The notes under the pieces: generated by a model
The model's database searches: none
What the model saw: only the letters and a program-made list of their open reading frames with translations
Told to the model about the DNA's origin: nothing
In this document: positions 36,390 through 50,400 of the stretch, piece after piece
Numbering within the stretch: the first letter of the stretch is position 1
Layout: the number at the start of each line of letters is the position of its first letter
Translations under genes and position numbers: made by a program
DNA from: Takakia lepidozioides
Taxonomy: Eukaryota; Plantae; Bryophyta
NCBI GenBank assembly: GCA_030704615.1
Contig: CM060732.1
Span: forward strand, 28,954,001-29,018,000
Direction of reading: 5' to 3'
Length of the DNA stretch: 64,000 nucleotides

Positions 36390-39300
36390 GTGGTGACTTT
36401 ATATGAAGTCCTGTATGACCACAAAGCTGTCAGCAGCTTTGTATCCCAATCCGTTCTGTTTGCATTGACTATCTTAGCCAAGATAGTACATAGTATTTTG
36501 TTGGTAGCCTCTGCCTGTCCATTACCCTGTGGGTAATATGTTGTACTCTTTCTATGCACAATCATAAACTTTTTAGTCAATAACTCAATGGTCTCATTCA
36601 TGAAGTGACTTCGTTGATCACTGATAAATTCTAAGGGACATCCAAATCGTGTAAGTATGTTCTCGTACAGGAACCTTGCTGTGGACTTGGCTGTGTTGTC
36701 CCTCAAAGCTTTAGCTTCCACCCACTTTGTAGTATAATCAGTGGCTGTAATTATGTACCTGTTTTGTGTATTCTTGGATGGTGGATTAATTGGTCCAACA
36801 AAGTCTAGTCCCCATTTCTGAAATGGTTCCGTAGGCATTGTAGGATGCAAGGCCATTCTTCCAGATCTCTGCAAAGGTCCTAGCCTCTGACATTCATCAC
36901 ACTTCTGACAATACTCATGTACATCTTTGAACAAAGTAGGCCACCAGTATCCTGCGAGTAGTATCTTTCTACTGGTAGTCTCTTCTCCAAAATGACCTCC
37001 AGCCACTCCTTTATGAACTTCCTCCAAGACTTTATTTACTTCATGGTGGTACAAGCATCGTTTTAGTACCCCATCTGGTCCTAACTTATACATTCTGCTT
37101 CCTACCATAGTATAAGGTAAAGCTTTGATAGCGATTCTCTTCCTCTGCTCCTTACCATAACTAGGTGGGCACTGACCATGAGCAAGGTAGTATCTGATTG
37201 GCCACTGCCAATCTAACCATTCATCTGCACTTCCTTGCACCTCCATTACAAATAAACTCGCATCAGATAACTGATCGTCCACTCCTGTGGCGGCCTCTCC
37301 TGTTGTTAGTCGTGACAAATGATCTGCCACAAGATGCAAACGGCCAGGCTTGTAAATAACCTCGAACTCAAACTCATGCAAGATTATTAACCACCTCGCT
37401 ATCCTTCCACTTATCAAAGGTTTGTTCACCAGATATATCAGAGCCTGGTGATCCACATAAAACATAAACTTTCTTCCCAATAGGTAATGCCTGAATTTCT
37501 TCACTGCATAGATCATTGCCAATGCTTCTCTTTCCGTTGTGCTATAGTTCCTCTCAGCACTGTTCATCAACCGGCTAGCATAGTACACAGGTGAATCTAT
37601 ATTCCCTGTAACATTCTGGGCTAACACCGCTCCCAACGCTTCTCCTGATGCATCGCAGTGAACATGAAATACTACATGCCAGTGAGGGTTAATCAGCACA
37701 GGTGTAGTTGTTACTGACAGTGTAAGTTCCTCAAACGCCTGTTGACATTCAGCTGTCCATGCAAACACTGCATCTTTCTTCAGAAGCTTGCTCAATGGTG
37801 CTGCTATTTGTGCATACCTTTTGACAAATCTTCTGTAATAACTGGTTTGCCCAAGGAATCTCCTTAAACTCTTAACATTCACTGGTGGTGGAGAGACTTT
37901 AATGGACTCTGTCTTCCTGGGATCCACAAGAAGTCCCTTCTTACACACTATGTGTCCCAGAAGCACCCCTGAGTTCACACAGAAAGTACACTTCTCTGGA
38001 TTCAAGCCCAGACCTCTCATCCTGCATCTGGCCAGGCATAACTCCAATTTATGCAAGTGCTCATTCTTAGAGCTGTACACACTGAAATCATCCAAGAATA
38101 CCTGCATGAAATCATCCAGATACTCATGAAAAGATTCACTTATCACTCTCTGAAAGGTCGCTGGTGCATTACAAAGTCCAAAGGGCATGACTTTGTATGC
38201 ATAAGCCCCCCAGTCTGTGATGAAAGCTGTTTTCCCTTGGTCTTCTTCTGCCACTTGCACTTGATTATAACCACTGAAGCCATCCATGAATGAGTACATC
38301 TCATGGCCTGCCACAGTGTCTGATACTGCTTCTGTGAATGGCAAAGGGAAAGGATCTTTCTTCGTACAAGCATTCAGCTTCTTATAGTTCACACATACTC
38401 TTAGTTTGCCATTCTTCTTGGGAACTATAACAATGGGTGACAACCAAGTTGTATACTCTATTGGGTATATAAACTTAGCCTCAGCCAACTTCTTTATCTC
38501 TTCTCCAACCTTCTGTGCGTAGTTGGGATTCATTCTATACCTCGCCTGCTTGATTGGTACTGACCCTGGTTCCAGTTCAATTTTATGCTGACAGACTTCA
38601 GGTGGTATCCCTTTTAGATCCTCATAGCTCCAAGCAAATACATCTCTGTATTTGATGAATAAGCTTTTAGCTTCTTCGAAGAACTCCGGCTCCAAATCAG
38701 CTCCTACTTTCACCATTCTCGGTTCCTCCTGAGTTCCCACATTTACTTCTCTCACCTGCTCATCAGCTGTGATTGTCCAACCAGTCACCACTTCATCCTT
38801 TAAGCTCACAGTGGCTGGTTCTTCTAGGATTTCTATCTCTCCCTCCTTTTCTTCATAGAAATGTGGTGGGTAACAGTTGGTTTCCTCTTCAATTGGTGTT
38901 GCCGACACTACACCACAGCAGATACCTCTTAAACAACTTAGGCTTTCCAGCCGCATCTCCGCAACCTGCTCCCATTCTGGGTGTGCAGCAAATAGGGTAG
39001 CTTCCTGCTCCTCATCCAGTCCTCCCCTCCAGTCATACTCTCTGACTCCTCGAGGTCTTCTTGTAGCAGGTAATCTACTAGATTTCTTTGTGGTAATTTG
39101 TATCTCGTGCATCCCATTATGCACAGTTAGTAACTGAGAATTCCAGTCATGGAATACCCTGGCCTGTTTCAGCCACGGACGTCCCAATAATAAGGAGTAA
39201 GCCTCCATGACTTCATCCATTTTTAATACAGTTACTGTGATCATAAAGATCATTTTCTGTATCTGTATCTTAACTCCTCTTATTAATCCCAATGGCTGTA

Positions 39301-40708
39301 CACTTCTTTGATCTGCCATTGTTACTGTAAATGGGGCTGGTTTCATGTTACTTAGACCAAGCTTCTTCCTTAATTGGTCTGTCATGATATTTACTCCAGA
39401 ACCACCATCTATCAGTACATCAGTTAGTTCTGTGCTTCCAATTCTCAATTGGATTACTGGCATAGAATCATCAAAGTCCATGACTGGTTCTCGCCCTTCC
39501 GGCTTCACATTATAACTAGTCACCTTGCTGTTCAGGTCTGTGTTTCCTGTCTCTTGGGCAATTCGATTGATTGCCTGATACAGCCTGTGCCTACAATAAG
39601 GTGCCACAGCTAATAGCTGTCCAATGGTAATTTCTGCTTTGGTCTGACATATTACTGCAGCCAAAGTCTCTTCATTACTTTGCATGTCTGCATCCTCTTT
39701 TTTCCTTTCTTCCTCACTCCCCTCTTTTTCTCCATCCGAATCAGAGGAATCTGCCACAGGAATATCAGTACTCTTTTGCATTTCCCTTATAGTATCTGCC
39801 ACTTCCTTGTGCAGTTCCTTCTTATCCTTCCAAGTCTCTTCATCTTCAGGCATATCATTGCCACTTCCAGTCTCATCTTCTTCCTCTTCTACTGGAGGTA
39901 TTAGTTTGGCTTTACTTCTTGTTACTATCATTGTACTTACTTCTGGTACAACACATGGCCTAACCATGTGAGCTGCCACCACTGGGCCCTCATTCACAGG
40001 AGCTCTCATCTCATTCTGGTGTCTTATCCAGAATGAACAGGCTGCCTTGCGATGTCCTGGCTGATTACAATAGTAACATAGCTCTTCACCATTGGGTCCT
40101 CGCCCTTGGTCTGGTCTTGGATTATTTCTATAATCCTGATTCCCGGGCTGGTAATTCCCCCTTGGATTACCCTGATAGTTGCCTCTGGAATTTCCTTGGT
40201 AATTCCCTCTTGAATTACCTCTCCCTTCCATGCCATTGTTATAACCACCAGACCTACCATAGTGGTCCTGATCATTGCTTCTTCTTGGCTGGGGCTGCAC
40301 CTGATGCACCCTCACTTGCCTAGGTTCTCTTGCAGCTGTCCTTCTGTTGTAGTAACAATTCTCAGTAGAATGGTTATCCATTTTACAGATAGTACAGTGT
40401 TTCTCCTTCATGTGGCATTCTGCAGTGGTATGGCCTTCATTCTGGCACTTTGCACACCATACACCCTTCCTCCAATGTGTTGCAGCCTCTGTGGCATACT
40501 TCTTCAAGATTTCTTCCAATCTTTTCTCATAGTTATCCCTCTTCAACTTTTCCTTTCTCTTACTCTTTCTTTTTAGTTCTTGCTCTTCTTCTTCATCTGA
40601 CTCATCTTCAGAGTCCTCATCTTCCTTTTTCTCTCTCCTGAGCATTCCCAATTGCTCAATTCTGTTTATAGTTTCAAATGCCTCCTCCACTGTATTATGG
40701 GGTAACAT
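36390..40708 (-). pseudogene. pol: Gag C-terminus and Pol (protease, RT, RNase H, integrase), truncated at both ends
   Basis: 1442-aa frame with LIDGGSG, MPFGLCNAPATFQR, FLDD, DASGEALGAVL/TEREALA/DHQAL, H-H-C-C zinc finger, DFVGP, SDQ and QAE. Reads into telomeric repeats at YKVTT. Confidence 0.93.
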
Positions 40709-40710
40709 AT

Positions 40711-41733
40711 TAGGAAATGATTATCAGGGAATCTTGCATACCATTCACTTGCTTTCTTGATAAGTGAACAAGGAAACAGTCTCATCTTGGCATCATCGCC
40801 ATTCTCATTGTTCACTATACACATGTGCTCAAATTGGCTAATGTGTACATCGGGATCCCCTTTTCCTGAATATATTGGAAAGGGTGGTTTTGCCCGTGTT
40901 GGTTGTAACGCCATCTGTGGCCCTACCTTCTGCACACTGACAGGTGCTGGTGCTGGTCCTTCTGGACCTGTTGTTTTTGTGGTGGATCTTCCACCAAGTG
41001 GTGGCCCTTGAGCACTCCCTGCTTCTGGCCCCACGATATTCACAGTATTCCCAGCTTCAGTTGCACTACTTCCCACACTCCCTGTCCCCCCAGAGCCAGA
41101 TCCAGGCAGCCCGCCTGATCCCCCTGAGCCGACACCTTCGTTGGCCTGTGATCTAAGTGCTCCACTTGATCCAGGTCCAACGGGTTGGGATGTCCTGGTT
41201 GTAGTCTCAACCTCAGCTGTTGGGTCTACTTCTTCATATTCTTCCTCTTCCAATTTCTTCTCTCTGTTTTCATCCTCCAAGTTCTGCCCTTGGGTTTCTT
41301 CTTCACTCATGTAACTCAACTGTAATGGTGTTGGAGAGTCTGAACTCTCCGTTGGCTCTGCCACATCCTCATCTCCTTCTTCATCTTCTGCTTCAGAAAC
41401 TGGAGTTCCTGCTTTTGGTGTTCCATGCCAACTCTTATCAAAGATTTCTGTCAAGTCTTTTATCCAAGGATGTACCTCAGATCTTTCACCTCGTGATTGA
41501 TCTTCTTCCTGTACCAATTCCCTTAATCTTTCTTGCAAAGAAACAGAAGGAGTGGCATCCAACTCTAGTTCTTCCGGTATAGGTGATGCACTTTTTGATC
41601 TTGATGGTGTGAGAGGTCCAGATGATTCCCCTATGTCTATTCCTCTCTCCCAAAGATATGGATAATTAGCTTTCAGATAGCTTTCTCTTTTTGATGAATA
41701 TCTTTGTCGTCTAGCTTCTCTTTCATCACTCAT
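40711..41733 (-). pseudogene. gag: Gag N-terminal part
   Basis: ORF 40666-41733; lacks the segment equivalent to 1825-2052 of copy 1. Confidence 0.85.
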
Positions 41734-41754
41734 GTCCCATGTCTTTCATTTCTT

Positions 41755-42450
41755 TTAATGTGGCAATAACCAAAACTCTCTTCTGTAATATCTCTCGTAT
41801 ATGCCTGGATTTCTTTCAAGCTTCAATGCACCCTTGGCTATACTTGAAGTCTCCGTTACCATATAACCATATGGCAAACAAGTCTGAAAAGCTGTTCTTG
41901 GTGTGAGTTTGATCCACAAAATATCCTTTGGAATCCAATTCTTTACCAGTACAAGCTCTTCATGCATATGAGTATAAACATTCACCTTTCTTTCTTCCCA
42001 GCCTTCAAACTCTACTCGTTTAATGGATAGCAATGCTATCACATAAACCAATGTTGGTAACCAACGTGCTCTTCCTCTACAGGCTACCTGATAAATCTTT
42101 ATCACTCCTTTCTCCAGACCCCATTCTGGATCAGCATCATGCACTCGTTTAAGAATATTTTCTTTACATCCGTCTGGCAATTCCAAGAACCTTTGAAAGA
42201 ATTGTTTGGACAATCTTTCTTCCTTCGTTCCACAGGGAATTTGATTCACTTCAAATTCTTTAATGGTCCAACCACCATGATCCCACCAGATGCCTGTCAC
42301 ATCTGGTTGTTCATGTCCCAGGTCCCCAGTATGGTCGCCAAATGTCGCGCGGCTTTTACTCACCCATCCCTTCGCTATCCGAGGCGGAAACTCCAAGATA
42401 GAAGAGTTGGAAATCTCTAAGTACTCAGCCCGCGCAGAACAATCAGTCAT
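41755..42450 (-). CDS. Extra ORF upstream of gag, unknown function (frameshifted equivalent at 3110-3807)
   Basis: 231-aa frame on the gag strand ending about 20 nt before the gag ATG. Its C-terminal half is retained in copy 1. Confidence 0.5.
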   Translation of the reverse strand: MTDCSARAEYLEISNSSILEFPPRIAKGWVSKSRATFGDHTGDLGHEQPDVTGIWWDHGGWTIKEFEVNQIPCGTKEERLSKQFFQRFLELPDGCKENILKRVHDADPEWGLEKGVIKIYQVACRGRARWLPTLVYVIALLSIKRVEFEGWEERKVNVYTHMHEELVLVKNWIPKDILWIKLTPRTAFQTCLPYGYMVTETSSIAKGALKLERNPGIYERYYRREFWLLPH

Positions 42451-43325
42451 GACCTACAGCTAGTGTATCATGGGGGTGTTTCCTATTTGTTTCCCTTTCC
42501 GCATTCATCTTAGCTACCTTACCATTGATAATTAAGTATCAGTTTGCTTCATCGATCTATCGGTTCCCTCCACTAATCCATTCAATCCACAGCTTCATTC
42601 AGATCTCTCTACACAGTGTGATTGTATCGTATAAGTATCAGATTATGATTTATCAGGTATCAGGCCGAAGCCATTATGTCTCTAATTTGCTCTACAATAT
42701 CACTCTAGCTTTGCATATGACAAGCATCTACTAATCCTCTTTTCTCCTTCATCGTGCTCTCCGATCTCCGCTCCCGCCTGACTCCGAAGTCCTCCCCGAA
42801 TAATGATCCCCTCATCATTCCCCGTTCTTCCCTTTATCCTCCTATCCGCGGTTCTAACCGTTTCCCTCTCTAACCGTCGTATGTGAACTAACATGTTCCC
42901 TTCACAGGTGTTGTTCCCCACAGTCGTTCCCTGTCCTACTCTTCGTTCCCTATTATCGTGACAGCTGTGTCAAGCGGTGACTGGCTGTGTTTGGCTGTGT
43001 CGGGCTGTGACTGGCTGTGTGGCTGTGTCTGCTGTGACGACTGTGACGGGCTGTGTGGGCTGTGTGGGCTGTGACGACTGTGACGGGCTGTGTGGGCTGT
43101 GACGGCTGTGTGGGCTGTGTGGGCTGTGACGACTGTGACGGGCTGTGTGGGCTGTGACTGGCTGTGTGGGCTGTGTCTGCTGTGACGACTATGTGGGCTA
43201 TGTAACCCCCCTCTACAGTGCGCTGCTGTCACCCCTAAGGTTCTTGTTTGTCTCAGTCTGTGCAAAAATTAAGGGTACCCTACAGATCCCGTATAAGTGT
43301 CTAAGTCCCCTACAGTCCTCTAACA
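42343..43325 (-). repeat. 5' LTR of Gypsy copy 2
   Basis: TG...CA termini; homologous to 3699-4829; abuts a C unit. Confidence 0.85.
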
Positions 43326-46300
43326 GGAGTGAACTGCCTCGTGTGGACAATCTTCCAGTGGATGTCTCGTGAGGAGAAAAACCATCCAACAGACGTCTCG
43401 TACGGAGAGAATAGTCCAAAAAGTCTCGGTGGGAGAAAGTCATCCAGTGGATGAAAACAAGTTCTCGACAAGAGAGAACTAGATCCAAAGAATAAAAATC
43501 ATCCAAATAGTCAATTGCATATCTCTCAAATACAACTAACTCCGTGAGTTTATGACTATGCAACAACCAATTATGCTGAAGTTAGAGCATGTTGTGCAAA
43601 GTCGTAAGGGCTGAAACCACTTCGAAAGGAACGCACAACTCGTAAGAGCTTTGCACACGCAGACCATCGCGCAACCATCGTCTTGCTAAAGCCTGCAGCT
43701 GTGTTGTCCTGAACGTGACCAACCACGATCCCCACCTTCCGACCTCCAAGAAGAAACACGGCTCGGTCTTCGTATTGTTGCCTCATCACATGAATGAGCA
43801 GCTTGGTCAAAAGAATGAAGATCAACATCTGCCTCCATTACGTGAAGGCGATTAAAGATGTGTTGCAGCTAACACTATAAGAAAGTTTAGGGTTCACATA
43901 AAGCATCAAAACAAGTGTAGCAGTACAACGCGGATGCACCGGGTGCAAGATAAACACGATCCGGGCAAACAAGTTTTAGGGGGGCCAGTTATGCACCCCT
44001 GGAAAAATTTCAGATCCTGTGAATCAAACCTGAAAGGAGAGATCCTGAGAGACAGGAAACTAGAATAGAAGTATGCGAGGTGTCCTGAAATGCAACTGCA
44101 AACCTATGCAAGAGGCAAATGTGCGTATGAGAACTATTTCACTGGATGCACAGGAGAATAAGAACCCTATCTCTGTTTTGCAAGAGAATGGACACACTAG
44201 GAACAACTTAGATGCAGATCTCCCATGCACTACTCGAGAGGGAGTTTATGGCATGCCGTATAGACACAGAGCACATAACAATGCAATGATCTAAAGCAGG
44301 GGATACAAACGCATCTAAAACTCGACAACTTCAAAGGGTGAGACCACGAGGCAAGATCATGCAAAGTAGTGAAGCCAAATCTTTATAGACCCCAGACTAG
44401 TTTCGCTCAGCGCGTGAGCTCATCAGTGGGAAAGAAAAGGAATGAGATACAAACCCCACCCCCCGCTTATATACTACTAGGAGTGAACTGCCTCGTGTGG
44501 ACAATCTTCCAGTGGATGTCTCGTGAGGAGAAAAACCATCCAACAGACGTCTCGTACGGAGAGAATAGTCCAAAAAGTCTCGGTGGGAGAAAGTCATCCA
44601 GTGGATGAAAACAAGTTCTCGACAAGAGAGAACTAGATCCAAAGAATAAAAATCATCCAAATAGTCAATTGCATATCTCTCAAATACAACTAACTCCGTG
44701 AGTTTATGACTATGCAACAACCAATTATGCTGAAGTTAGAGCATGTTGTGCAAAGTCGTAAGGGCTGAAACCACTTCGAAAGGAACGCACAACTCGTAAG
44801 AGCTTTGCACACGCAGACCATCGCGCAACCATCGTCTTGCTAAAGCCTGCAGCTGTGTTGTCCTGAACGTGACCAACCACGATCCCCACCTTCCGACCTC
44901 CAAGAAGAAACACGGCTCGGTCTTCGTATTGTTGCCTCATCACATGAATGAGCAGCTTGGTCAAAAGAATGAAGATCAACATCTGCCTCCATTACGTGAA
45001 GGCGATTAAAGATGTGTTGCAGCTAACACTATAAGAAAGTTTAGGGTTCACATAAAGCATCAAAACAAGTGTAGCAGTACAACGCGGATGCACCGGGTGC
45101 AAGATAAACACGATCCGGGCAAACAAGTTTTAGGGGGGCCAGTTATGCACCCCTGGAAAAATTTCAGATCCTGTGAATCAAACCTGAAAGGAGAGATCCT
45201 GAGAGACAGGAAACTAGAATAGAAGTATGCGAGGTGTCCTGAAATGCAACTGCAAACCTATGCAAGAGGCAAATGTGCGTATGAGAACTATTTCACTGGA
45301 TGCACAGGAGAATAAGAACCCTATCTCTGTTTTGCAAGAGAATGGACACACTAGGAACAACTTAGATGCAGATCTCCCATGCACTACTCGAGAGGGAGTT
45401 TATGGCATGCCGTATAGACACAGAGCACATAACAATGCAATGATCTAAAGCAGGGGATACAAACGCATCTAAAACTCGACAACTTCAAAGGGTGAGACCA
45501 CGAGGCAAGATCATGCAAAGTAGTGAAGCCAAATCTTTATAGACCCCAGACTAGTTTCGCTCAGCGCGTGAGCTCATCAGTGGGAAAGAAAAGGAATGAG
45601 ATACAAACCCCACCCCCCGCTTATATACTACTAGGAGTGAACTGCCTCGTGTGGACAATCTTCCAGTGGATGTCTCGTGAGGAGAAAAACCATCCAACAG
45701 ACGTCTCGTACGGAGAGAATAGTCCAAAAAGTCTCGGTGGGAGAAAGTCATCCAGTGGATGAAAACAAGTTCTCGACAAGAGAGAACTAGATCCAAAGAA
45801 TAAAAATCATCCAAATAGTCAATTGCATATCTCTCAAATACAACTAACTCCGTGAGTTTATGACTATGCAACAACCAATTATGCTGAAGTTAGAGCATGT
45901 TGTGCAAAGTCGTAAGGGCTGAAACCACTTCGAAAGGAACGCACAACTCGTAAGAGCTTTGCACACGCAGACCATCGCGCAACCATCGTCTTGCTAAAGC
46001 CTGCAGCTGTGTTGTCCTGAACGTGACCAACCACGATCCCCACCTTCCGACCTCCAAGAAGAAACACGGCTCGGTCTTCGTATTGTTGCCTCATCACATG
46101 AATGAGCAGCTTGGTCAAAAGAATGAAGATCAACATCTGCCTCCATTACGTGAAGGCGATTAAAGATGTGTTGCAGCTAACACTATAAGAAAGTTTAGGG
46201 TTCACATAAAGCATCAAAACAAGTGTAGCAGTACAACGCGGATGCACCGGGTGCAAGATAAACACGATCCGGGCAAACAAGTTTTAGGGGGGCCAGTTAT

Positions 46301-47479
46301 GCACCCCTGGAAAAATTTCAGATCCTGTGAATCAAACCTGAAAGGAGAGATCCTGAGAGACAGGAAACTAGAATAGAAGTATGCGAGGTGTCCTGAAATG
46401 CAACTGCAAACCTATGCAAGAGGCAAATGTGCGTATGAGAACTATTTCACTGGATGCACAGGAGAATAAGAACCCTATCTCTGTTTTGCAAGAGAATGGA
46501 CACACTAGGAACAACTTAGATGCAGATCTCCCATGCACTACTCGAGAGGGAGTTTATGGCATGCCGTATAGACACAGAGCACATAACAATGCAATGATCT
46601 AAAGCAGGGGATACAAACGCATCTAAAACTCGACAACTTCAAAGGGTGAGACCACGAGGCAAGATCATGCAAAGTAGTGAAGCCAAATCTTTATAGACCC
46701 CAGACTAGTTTCGCTCAGCGCGTGAGCTCATCAGTGGGAAAGAAAAGGAATGAGATACAAACCCCACCCCCCGCTTATATACTACTAGGAGTGAACTGCC
46801 TCGTGTGGACAATCTTCCAGTGGATGTCTCGTGAGGAGAAAAACCATCCAACAGACGTCTCGTACGGAGAGAATAGTCCAAAAAGTCTCGGTGGGAGAAA
46901 GTCATCCAGTGGATGAAAACAAGTTCTCGACAAGAGAGAACTAGATCCAAAGAATAAAAATCATCCAAATAGTCAATTGCATATCTCTCAAATACAACTA
47001 ACTCCGTGAGTTTATGACTATGCAACAACCAATTATGCTGAAGTTAGAGCATGTTGTGCAAAGTCGTAAGGGCTGAAACCACTTCGAAAGGAACGCACAA
47101 CTCGTAAGAGCTTTGCACACGCAGACCATCGCGCAACCATCGTCTTGCTAAAGCCTGCAGCTGTGTTGTCCTGAACGTGACCAACCACGATCCTCACCTT
47201 CCGACCTCCAAGAAGAAACACGGCTCGGTCTTCGTATTGTTGCCTCATCACATGAATGAGCAGCTTGGTCAAAAGAATGAAGATCAACATCTGCCTCCAT
47301 TACGTGAAGGCGATTAAAGATGTGTTGCAGCTAACACTATAAGAAAGTTTAGGGTTCACATAAAGCATCAAAACAAGTGTAGCAGTACAACGCGGATGCA
47401 CCGGGTGCAAGATAAACACGATCCGGGCAAACAAGTTTTAGGGGGGCCAGTTATGCACCCCTGGAAAAATTTCAGATCC
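43326..47479 (-). mobile_element. Tandem array 2 of derivative C, inverted (about 3.6 units, period 1154)
   Basis: ORF-track offsets 44073/45227/46381; hammerheads near 44400, 45555 and 46710 on minus. Confidence 0.93.
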
Positions 47480-50400
47480 GAGACTTTTTGGACTATTCTC
47501 TCCGTACGAGACATCTGTTGGATGGTTTTTCTCCTCACGAGACATCCACTGGAAGATTGTCCACATGAGGCAGTTCACTCCTAGTAGTATATAAGCGGGG
47601 GGTGGGGTTTGTATCTCATTCCTTTTCTTTCCCACTGATGAGCTCACGCGCTGAGCGAAACTAGTCTGGGGTCTATAAAGATTTGGCTTCACTACTTTGC
47701 ATGATCTTGCCTCGTGGTCTCACCCTTTGAAGTTGTCGAGTTTTAGATGCGTTTGTATCCCCTGCTTTAGATCATTGCATTGTTATGTGCTCTGTGTCTA
47801 TACGGCATGCCATAAACTCCCTTTCGAGTAGTGCATGTGAGATCTGCATCTAAGTTGTTCCTAGTGTGTCCATTCTCTTGCAAAACAGAGATAGGGTTCT
47901 TATTCTCCTGTGCATCCAGTGAAATAGTTCTCATACGCACATTTGTCTCTTGCATAGGTTTGCAGTTGCATTTCAGGACACCTCGCATACTTCTATTCTA
48001 TGCCATAAACTCCCTTTCGAGTAGTGCATGTGAGATCTGCATCTAAGTTGTTCCTAGTGTGTCCATTCTCTTGCAAAACAGAGATAGGGTTCTTATTCTC
48101 CTGTGCATCCAGTGAAATAATTCTCATACGCACATTTGCCTCTTGCATAGGTTTGCAGTTGCATTTCAGGACACCTCGCATACTTCTATTCTAGTTTCCT
48201 GTCTCTCAGGATCTCTCCTTTCAGGTTTGATTCACAGGATCTGAAATTTTTCCAGGGGTGCATAACTCGCCCCCCTAAAACTCGTTTGCCCGGATCGTGT
48301 TTATCTTGCACCCGGTGCATCCGCGTTGTACTGCTACACTTGTTTTGACGCTTTATGTGAACCCTAAACTTTCTTATAGTGTTAGCTGCAACACATCTTT
48401 AATCGCCTTCACGTAATGGAGGCAGATGTTGATCTTCATTCTTTTGACCAAGCTGCTCATTCATGTGATGAGGCAACAATACGAAGACCGAGCCGTGTTT
48501 CGTCTTGGAGGTCGGAAGGTGGGGATCGTGGTTGGACACGTTCAGGACAACACAGCTGCAGGCTTTAGCAAGACGATGGTTGCGCGATGGTCTGCGTGTG
48601 CAAAGCTCTTACGAGTTGTGCGTTCCTTTCGAAGTGGTTTCAGCCCTTACAACTTTGCACAACATGCTCTAACTTCAGCATAATTGGTTGTTGCATAGTC
48701 ATAAACTCACAGAGTTAGTTGTATTTGAGAGATATGCAATTGACTATTTGGATGATTTTTATTCTTTGGATCTAGTTCTCTCTTGTCGAGAACTTGTTTT
48801 CATCCACTGGATGACTTTCTCCCACCGAGACTTTTTGGACTATTCTCTCCGTACGAGACATCTGTTGGATGGTTTTTCTCCTCACGAGACATCCACTGGA
48901 AGATTGTCCACACGAGGCAGTTCACTCCTAGTAGTATATAAGCGGGGGGTGGGTTTGTATCTCATTCCTTTTCTTTCCCACTGATGAGCTCACGCGCTGA
49001 GCGAAACTAGTCTGGGGTCTATAAAGATTTGGCTTCACTACTTTGCATGATCTTGCCTCGTGGTCTCACCCTTTGAAGTTGTCGAGTTTTAGATGCGTTT
49101 GTATCCCCTGCTTTAGATCATTGCATTGTTATGTGCTCTGTGTCTATACGGCATGCCATAAACTCCCTTTCGAGTAGTGCATGTGAGATCTGCATCTAAG
49201 TTGTTCCTAGTGTGTCCATTCTCTTGCAAAACAGAGATAGGGTTCTTATTCTCCTGTGCATCCAGTGAAATAGTTCTCATACGCACATTTGTCTCTTGCA
49301 TAGGTTTGCAGTTGCATTTCAGGACACCTCGCATACTTCTATTCTATGCCATAAACTCCCTTTCGAGTAGTGCATGTGAGATCTGCATCTAAGTTGTTCC
49401 TAGTGTGTCCATTCTCTTGCAAAACAGAGATAGGGTTCTTATTCTCCTGTGCATCCAGTGAAATAATTCTCATACGCACATTTGCCTCTTGCATAGGTTT
49501 GCAGTTGCATTTCAGGACACCTCGCATACTTCTATTCTAGTTTCCTGTCTCTCAGGATCTCTCCTTTCAGGTTTGATTCACAGGATCTGAAATTTTTCCA
49601 GGGGTGCATAACTCGCCCCCCTAAAACTCGTTTGCCCGGATCGTGTTTATCTTGCACCCGGTGCATCCGCGTTGTACTGCTACACTTGTTTTGACGCTTT
49701 ATGTGAACCCTAAACTTTCTTATAGTGTTAGCTGCAACACATCTTTAATCGCCTTCACGTAATGGAGGCAGATGTTGATCTTCATTCTTTTGACCAAGCT
49801 GCTCATTCATGTGATGAGGCAACAATACGAAGACCGAGCCGTGTTTCGTCTTGGAGGTCGGAAGGTGGGGATCGTGGTTGGACACGTTCAGGACAACACA
49901 GCTGCAGGCTTTAGCAAGACGATGGTTGCGCGATGGTCTGCGTGTGCAAAGCTCTTACGAGTTGTGCGTTCCTTTCGAAGTGGTTTCAGCCCTTACAACT
50001 TTGCACAACATGCTCTAACTTCAGCATAATTGGTTGTTGCATAGTCATAAACTCACAGAGTTAGTTGTATTTGAGAGATATGCAATTGACTATTTGGATG
50101 ATTTTTATTCTTTGGATCTAGTTCTCTCTTGTCGAGAACTTGTTTTCATCCACTGGATGACTTTCTCCCACCGAGACTTTTTGGACTATTCTCTCCGTAC
50201 GAGACATCTGTTGGATGGTTTTTCTCCTCACGAGACATCCACTGGAAGATTGTCCACACGAGGCAGTTCACTCCTAGTAGTATATAAGCGGGGGGTGGGG
50301 TTTGTATCTCATTCCTTTTCTTTCCCACTGATGAGCTCACGCGCTGAGCGAAACTAGTCTGGGGTCTATAAAGATTTGGCTTCACTACTTTGCATGATCT

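Larger units (their letters stand above)
36390..43325 (-). mobile_element. Ty3/Gypsy LTR retrotransposon, copy 2, 3'-truncated in integrase
   Basis: LTR 42343-43325, PBS 42323-42340, extra ORF, gag with a deletion of about 230 bp at 40710, and pol. Confidence 0.95.
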
